A stretch of DNA of 64,000 bases, taken from assembly GCA_050246755.1 (NCBI GenBank), contig JBFWVL010000001.1, positions 1,344,001 to 1,408,000 on the forward strand, written 5' to 3'. Below are positions 58,829 to 64,000 of this stretch, piece after piece. The notes below the pieces were generated by a model. The model was not told where the DNA came from. It made no database searches and was given only the letters and a program-made list of their open reading frames with translations. How positions within the stretch are numbered: the first letter of the stretch is position 1; every line of letters begins with the position of its first letter. Both the position numbers and the translations under genes were made by a program. Source of the stretch: Bacteriovoracia bacterium (GTDB lineage: Bacteria; Bdellovibrionota; UBA1018; CAIPTA01).

Positions 58829-59403
58829 AAGCGGCGCTCTTGGCCTTCGAGCAAGGCCTTCAAATTCGTTTCGTGACGTCGCACCACGATCCATGAGCAA
58901 AGCAGTGCCACGGAAAGCAGAGCGGAATCGCCGTTCGTGCCGAGCAGCGTAGCGAGCAATAGAGCGAGCGCGGCCATCGCCGCCAATGAAGTGATGCGAA
59001 AACAGTAAAAGCAAATTCCCCAGGCCACGAACGCCGCCAGCATCGGAACCGGCGCGATGGGAAAAAGCGCGCCGGCCGCCGTGGCCACGCCTTTGCCACC
59101 TTCAAAAAAAAGAAAGATCGAATAGCAGTGCCCCAGCACCGCGAAGAGCGCGCAGAGATAAGCCGCGGAAGGATTTCCGGGAAACAGAAAGCACGCGGCC
59201 ACAACCGGCAAGAAGCCCTTTAAAAAATCCAGGAAGAAGGTAATCACGCCCACGCGCTTGCCCCCAAGCCGGGCCAGATTCGAGGCGCCGATATTTCCGC
59301 TACCGCTATGGCGTGGATCGCCGAGGCCCAACGATTTCGCCACGAGAATGCCGCTAGGAATGGAACCGAGAAGATAAGCGAGAAGAGTAAGCGCCCAGGG
59401 CAT
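58825..59403 (-). CDS. plsY: Glycerol-3-phosphate acyltransferase PlsY
   Basis: YLLGSIP, GSGNIGASN, DFLKG, GGKGVAT, RHETN. Confidence 0.96.
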   Translation of the reverse strand: MPWALTLLAYLLGSIPSGILVAKSLGLGDPRHSGSGNIGASNLARLGGKRVGVITFFLDFLKGFLPVVAACFLFPGNPSAAYLCALFAVLGHCYSIFLFFEGGKGVATAAGALFPIAPVPMLAAFVAWGICFYCFRITSLAAMAALALLLATLLGTNGDSALLSVALLCSWIVVRRHETNLKALLEGQERRF

Positions 59404-59997
59404 CTAGAAGGGTTTACCGCGGTTGATGGAAAGCGGGACTTGCGTGAACACCACGCTTCCGCCGAAAGCCGTGGCCCCTACGGAGGCGCCCACCGTTTGT
59501 ACGATGGAAGATTCGGTGAAGCTAAGGATCAATCCGCTCGCGACCACGAATCCGGGGTTGGCGGGATTGGTGTCGGTTACCGTGATGGATCCACGGCAAA
59601 ACAATTGTTGTTGGCCGGCGGTGAGGGCTGGAAAGGTCGGGTAGTCGAAGTCATACTTTTTGCTTTGCGTGCTGAGAATATTTTGGCTTGAAAGAATGAT
59701 AGGGCTAGTGCCGCTGAAACCAGTGGTGGGGACGGCTACGGCATCACCGGCCATGGCCGCAACGCTGCTTTCGGCGCTGGCGTATATGGACATTGTGATA
59801 TCTTGCGACTGGCCGGATGGATTATTGATCACCACTGTACAGCGGGAAGTGGTCGCGCTTGAAAAGCCGTGCACGCTCGTATTTACGGCGGTCTGGTCGA
59901 AATACACGGTGCGAGTGGCGGAGAAACCGCTAAGCGGGAATAAAGCACCATAGAGAAGCGCGATCAAAAAGCGGTTACTACTGGAAAACTTTTTCAT
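59404..59997 (-). CDS. Secreted 2-Cys beta-rich hypothetical protein, paralog 2 (ends GKPF)
   Basis: Signal peptide; aligns by eye with 60047-60697. Confidence 0.75.
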   Translation of the reverse strand: MKKFSSSNRFLIALLYGALFPLSGFSATRTVYFDQTAVNTSVHGFSSATTSRCTVVINNPSGQSQDITMSIYASAESSVAAMAGDAVAVPTTGFSGTSPIILSSQNILSTQSKKYDFDYPTFPALTAGQQQLFCRGSITVTDTNPANPGFVVASGLILSFTESSIVQTVGASVGATAFGGSVVFTQVPLSINRGKPF

Positions 59998-60046
59998 GCG
60001 CCCCCCTTTTCTTACGTAATTCTAACAAAGCCCTGGGGAAAAGGCG

Positions 60047-60697
60047 TTAAAAAGGCCGGCCTTCGCCAATATAGAATGGCGTAGTGGTAAGTGTAGTGCC
60101 CGCTTTCATTTCCATTGTGGAGCCAACCAGCCGAACGGCGCGCGAAGACTGCATCCAGGTGATGATCACTCCGTTTGCGGTTAAAAATCCGGGACCGCCC
60201 GTACCGTCATCCACGGTGATTGAGCCTTGGCAGCGGACTTCCTGCCGGGAAAGTGTGCGGGGTTCAAGCGCGGGAAATTTCCAGGCCCATACTACCTTGT
60301 CTCCCCCCGCGAGTGTGCCGGAGAGACTAGGGCCCGTTATCGCGCCATTTTTCGTACCTGCGGCGGCGAAGGCAACCACGGCAGGAGTGGCCGCCACCGG
60401 ATCAACGGGCGGGTTAGGGTCTGGAACAGCGGAGGCTTCAGCGGTGCCAGTAAAAGTAACGGTATAGGTTTGCTCGGTGGTTCCGCTATTGCTTAGAGTC
60501 ACAATGCACTGGGAAACAAAGGCCCCGGAAAAACCGTACTCGTCGTAGTTAAAGGTTTCATTTTTTCCGAACACATCGAAGAAAACCACCCGGGAAGCGA
60601 AGGCGGAATTGGGCGCTAGCCAAATAATGGCAGCCAATACAACGGCGGCCCATTGAAGTCCCTTGGGCTTGGTGAAGAAAAAAGATAGCGAAGTCAT
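60047..60697 (-). CDS. Secreted 2-Cys beta-rich hypothetical protein, paralog 1 (ends GRPF)
   Basis: Signal peptide ending AFA; aligns by eye with 59404-59997. Confidence 0.75.
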   Translation of the reverse strand: MTSLSFFFTKPKGLQWAAVVLAAIIWLAPNSAFASRVVFFDVFGKNETFNYDEYGFSGAFVSQCIVTLSNSGTTEQTYTVTFTGTAEASAVPDPNPPVDPVAATPAVVAFAAAGTKNGAITGPSLSGTLAGGDKVVWAWKFPALEPRTLSRQEVRCQGSITVDDGTGGPGFLTANGVIITWMQSSRAVRLVGSTMEMKAGTTLTTTPFYIGEGRPF

Positions 60698-60745
60698 AAT
60701 ATTACCTATCGGCCAGAAATCGCCAAAACCTTAGTCAATTAGTCA

Positions 60746-60754
60746 ATTATAGCA
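60746..60754 (-). promoter_or_regulatory. Extended -10 promoter upstream of the G[KR]PF pair
   Basis: Minus strand TG-C-TATAAT. Confidence 0.55.
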
Positions 60755-60784
60755 CGAATTTTCATGGAAAATAACCAAGTAAAA

Positions 60785-62335
60785 TTAATTACTTATACCT
60801 TCCACCTGAACGGGCAACTCCCTGACGGGACGAGTCATCGTATCATCACCGGAATTGAATAGGCTTACGCAGCTCGACCATTCCGGCCTCAAAGGGGAAA
60901 CCCCCGGTGGGCAGGTATTGTCGAAATAGAACAGACTCGGCATGACCGAGCCCGAAAGAGGGGGGAAGGTGGGCGCCAAAAAAATTCCTCGAATACGGGG
61001 GCGCGTACTGGGTACCTCAAAGCTAGAGTCACCGGCTACTGCGGGGTCAGTCGACGTATCTAATAGACGAACGTCTCCGGCGGCGTTGGCCCCGGTATTA
61101 AAAAATCCATAAACCTTATCGTTATTCATGGTGAGATCGCCAAAATCCACAGTGATATTTTCGATATTGCTATCAACGCGCCAGGTGCGCACGTTGGCGG
61201 GGGATATACTACAATCCGGAATTTTTTCTAGATCAACCGTTCCAGTGGCCGGCGGAAGGCGATTCATGGTCACGGCGCCGTCAGAACAGCTACGGTACTG
61301 CTTTAGTTCCCCGGGTCGCAGTATATAGGCGCTATTATTCTCCGGGCTGATGGCGAAAGAACGAATATTCGCCAGAACGCGATCGCTGATTGTGCCGCCG
61401 CTAGGGACCAACGACCAAAGACTGCGAAAATGCGCTTCCATGGCCTCCAGTGAGGACTGTGGCGCACCGTTGGCAAACGCTAGGGTGGCTTGGTAGTTAC
61501 GGATTTTCCCGTCGAGCCCTAGGTAATAACGAAAGGGTAAGCGTGGTGGATAAATAATTTGTGTTGCCGAGCAGATCAGGCGCGGGTTTGGCACGTATCT
61601 GCTGCCCACTAATTTATCGTCAAACTGTCCCCATTTGTTCGGTATGTTTGGATCGTGAGGGGGCGGGGGCATTCGGCCGCCCTGGCTGACGAGGGGGCGC
61701 ACGCGGATCATGCCGGTAACCGTTACCTCAAGCGCATCGCCCAAACGAAAAAATTGGTAGTCGTGAGGAGTCGTTTTCGTGCCCTCGTTCGGACATTGCC
61801 GAAACGGCTGCTCCCCTACTTTTACCCGCGGATTATAGTGCCGAATATTGGTATAGAGCTGAAATCCTTGCAGCCGCGCGGGTACGTCGGGGGTAAGGGG
61901 ATTGTCGTCGGCGCCTGCAATAGCGGGCACAACTTTATTCGTATTGATGCGCTCACGGAAGCCAGGATGCTCGGGTTTCACGTCGACCTGGCAGAAGTTA
62001 AAGCTAACTCCATCCATCGTTTCGGTCCCGTCGGAATAATCGTAAAATCTTCTCTTGGTATATTCGAAGCCAGAGGGGACGTAGCCACTCGCGGTAGGAT
62101 CGATATTGATGGCGCCAGTGGCGCCCACGCCGTTCACGTATTCCTGAAGTTTCGCGCGCACGATGGCGGTGCACTGAGTGCGGAAGCTTTGCAGTTTTAG
62201 CGCATCGGTCAGAGAAATAAACGCGGGAAGAAGCGCGAGCGCAATGAAGCCCAGCAGGACGCTCGCCACTAAAATCTCGATGATCGAAAAACCGCGTTCG
62301 TCTAAGCGTTTGCGGTTTGGTCCCACTTCTCCCAT
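60785..62335 (-). CDS. Large type IV prepilin/pseudopilin-like protein (516 aa)
   Basis: DERG|FSIIEILVASVLLG N-methylation motif. Confidence 0.85.
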   Translation of the reverse strand: MGEVGPNRKRLDERGFSIIEILVASVLLGFIALALLPAFISLTDALKLQSFRTQCTAIVRAKLQEYVNGVGATGAINIDPTASGYVPSGFEYTKRRFYDYSDGTETMDGVSFNFCQVDVKPEHPGFRERINTNKVVPAIAGADDNPLTPDVPARLQGFQLYTNIRHYNPRVKVGEQPFRQCPNEGTKTTPHDYQFFRLGDALEVTVTGMIRVRPLVSQGGRMPPPPHDPNIPNKWGQFDDKLVGSRYVPNPRLICSATQIIYPPRLPFRYYLGLDGKIRNYQATLAFANGAPQSSLEAMEAHFRSLWSLVPSGGTISDRVLANIRSFAISPENNSAYILRPGELKQYRSCSDGAVTMNRLPPATGTVDLEKIPDCSISPANVRTWRVDSNIENITVDFGDLTMNNDKVYGFFNTGANAAGDVRLLDTSTDPAVAGDSSFEVPSTRPRIRGIFLAPTFPPLSGSVMPSLFYFDNTCPPGVSPLRPEWSSCVSLFNSGDDTMTRPVRELPVQVEGISN

Positions 62336-62381
62336 TTATATATTTTACCCAACCCGGCTAAAGCGTGCTAGCTTAGAAACG

Positions 62382-63107
62382 ATGTCTATCGACATGAACA
62401 CAAAGGGTTTTATTTCCACCCTGCCGTGGACTCTCCCGCTGCTAATCCTCTTGCCGTTTGCCCTGATCGTTTCCGATCTGAGGGGGCTGCGCTGGGTATG
62501 GGAAACCGGGTACGCGCCCTTCTGGGTGATGCTGGGATTATTGTTTATCCTGGCCGGATTTTCCTCTTTTCTGCTCTGGAAGCTCCAGGAACTCGGCGCC
62601 ACCCTTTATCGTGTGGGAATTTTTCTCGCCACCTGCCAGACTACTTACCTGGCAATGGCCGAGAGACGGCATTCGCTTTTGATTCTAGTATTCGCCCTGT
62701 TTACGGTAGCGGTTTTAATTTCTGAAAAAATGAAGAAAGTTTTGCGGCTTCCTTATTACGATTCTAAGCGGCGCTGGTGGGAGTCTTACCCGAAAGGAAT
62801 ACCCGGGCTTTCGGTGGAGCTTTCCGTGGAAAACGGAGATACTACCAAAGGCAGGCTAGCTAATTTCGGAGCGGAAGGCTGTTTTGTTTTTTCGGTTACG
62901 GGAGAAATTCCCTTTGCCCCGAGAATGGTGAAAATCTTTTCGGGTGAGGAAGCGTTGCTGGAAGCCGAAGTAGAGCCGGTGCTGCGCACGCGGGACGGGT
63001 TCGGCTGGGGGTTGCGTTTCGATCCGAGCGCGATCGAAGGCGACTGGAGCAAGGATTTGCAGGATTATTTGGGTTTTTTGAGGAGGTGTGGATATGACGT
63101 GGCGTAA
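62382..63107 (+). CDS. Multi-TM membrane protein with C-terminal PilZ-like domain
   Basis: Four TM segments, then KRRWWESYP and GRLANFGAEGCFV..GWGLRF PilZ-like strands; start re-assigned from 62178. Confidence 0.65.
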   Translation: MSIDMNTKGFISTLPWTLPLLILLPFALIVSDLRGLRWVWETGYAPFWVMLGLLFILAGFSSFLLWKLQELGATLYRVGIFLATCQTTYLAMAERRHSLLILVFALFTVAVLISEKMKKVLRLPYYDSKRRWWESYPKGIPGLSVELSVENGDTTKGRLANFGAEGCFVFSVTGEIPFAPRMVKIFSGEEALLEAEVEPVLRTRDGFGWGLRFDPSAIEGDWSKDLQDYLGFLRRCGYDVA

Positions 63108-63603
63108 TTTGTTCGTAGTGGCAGTGGCAATCATGGCGTTAAGCGGCTGCACGCGGAAAGCGGCTTTGCCAAATACTCCGGAAGGCACTCTCGAAAAATA
63201 CGTTTCGGCGGCATTCGAAGTGCGAGGGATCGAAGACCGGAAGCACCTAATGGATTTGAGCTCGGGAGACGCCTACGCGCACCTTGAAAAAATGACCGAC
63301 GAAGAGTTCAAAAAGCAGTTTATCGAAACGAAATTGAAATTCATCGGCTTGAAAGCTAAAGACCTGCGCGAAGAAACGGGCGGAGACGTTAGCTTGGTAT
63401 ACGAGCTTACGTATCAGGACGGAAACGGAACCGTGCCGCCCACCCGCCACACGAATAAAAAAATCGCCTATTTGGGCCGCGCCGAGAATGGTGACTGGAA
63501 AATCAAGGCGACTAAGAACATCAAAACTTTCTTGGAAAGAAAAGAAGACTTAGTGATTACGCCGGAAACGACGCATAAAGATGAAGCCGCCGAGCAGAAA
63601 TAG
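63094..63603 (+). CDS. Hypothetical lipoprotein (NTF2-like mixed alpha/beta pattern)
   Basis: AGGAGG SD, lipobox LSGC, TPEGTLEKYV..GDWKI. Confidence 0.65.
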   Translation: MTWRNLFVVAVAIMALSGCTRKAALPNTPEGTLEKYVSAAFEVRGIEDRKHLMDLSSGDAYAHLEKMTDEEFKKQFIETKLKFIGLKAKDLREETGGDVSLVYELTYQDGNGTVPPTRHTNKKIAYLGRAENGDWKIKATKNIKTFLERKEDLVITPETTHKDEAAEQK

Positions 63604-63999
63604 GGCCGCGGCTATTCCCTGAGAAGTAGAGAACCAATTCCCAATCAAAAATCCGCGGATTCCATCGCCGCGAAATATTTCGATCACCGCACGGATCACG
63701 CTGTACGCCATCACGTAGAGCAGCGCCGTGCCACCGGGGCGTAACGCCCGCCGTTTGATTAAATAGACTAAAACCGCGGTTAATAGGAAGAGCGATACCG
63801 ATTCGTATAGTTGCGTGGGGTGAAGCGGAAGGCCGCGGAGCGCCGGATCCACGAGATCGGAATGCAGGTGCACGGCCCAGGGAAGTTCACAGTAGGAGCC
63901 GTAGCAGCAGCCCGCGGCGAGGCAGCCAATGCGGCCAAAGGCGTGGCCTAAGCTCAGCGCGGGTGCGAGGAGATCCAGACTTTCCGCGAAGGGGAGCTG
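63550..63999 (-). CDS. lgt: Prolipoprotein diacylglyceryl transferase (5' end beyond the window)
   Basis: GHAFGRIGCLAAGCCYG upstream in frame, HPTQLYES, IEIFRGD. Confidence 0.92.
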   Translation of the reverse strand, partial: QLPFAESLDLLAPALSLGHAFGRIGCLAAGCCYGSYCELPWAVHLHSDLVDPALRGLPLHPTQLYESVSLFLLTAVLVYLIKRRALRPGGTALLYVMAYSVIRAVIEIFRGDGIRGFLIGNWFSTSQGIAAALFLLGGFIFMRRFRRNH

Positions 64000-64000
64000 C

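Noticed and set aside
62178-62381. N-terminal extension of the PilZ-like ORF
   Set aside because: Overlaps the prepilin gene on the opposite strand; ATG 62382 fits better

Overview
Origin-of-replication region of a bacterial chromosome. Gene order points to Bdellovibrionota/Oligoflexia-like (inference): dnaA-dnaN-recF-gyrB-gyrA-TPR-atpI/Z/B/E on one side and rpmH-rnpA-yidD-yidC-mnmE-mnmG-rsmG-parS-parA-parB-bactofilin-atpF'FHAGDC on the other. oriC lies between dnaN and dnaA, with DnaA boxes and a DnaA-trio tract. The right half is dense housekeeping (ligA, radA, glpK, lptG-def-fmt-rpe-hutHUI, lepB, priA, galU, plsY, lgt) mixed with envelope proteins I cannot assign. I saw no mobile element, CRISPR array or RNA gene. 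Most unusual signals: (1) a tandem triplet of small secreted 4-Cys paralogs with a conserved N-terminus and divergent body; (2) a large prepilin next to two secreted paralogs ending in G[KR]PF and a PilZ-like membrane protein; (3) a HutH with an Ala-Cys-Gly instead of Ala-Ser-Gly MIO tripeptide; (4) repeated -10 box/6-7 nt/start-codon layouts suggesting leaderless mRNAs; (5) an orphan Flp/TadE-type pilin with a CPAC tail, divergent from a TlpA-like oxidoreductase. All calls come from reading the sequence; no database searches were run.
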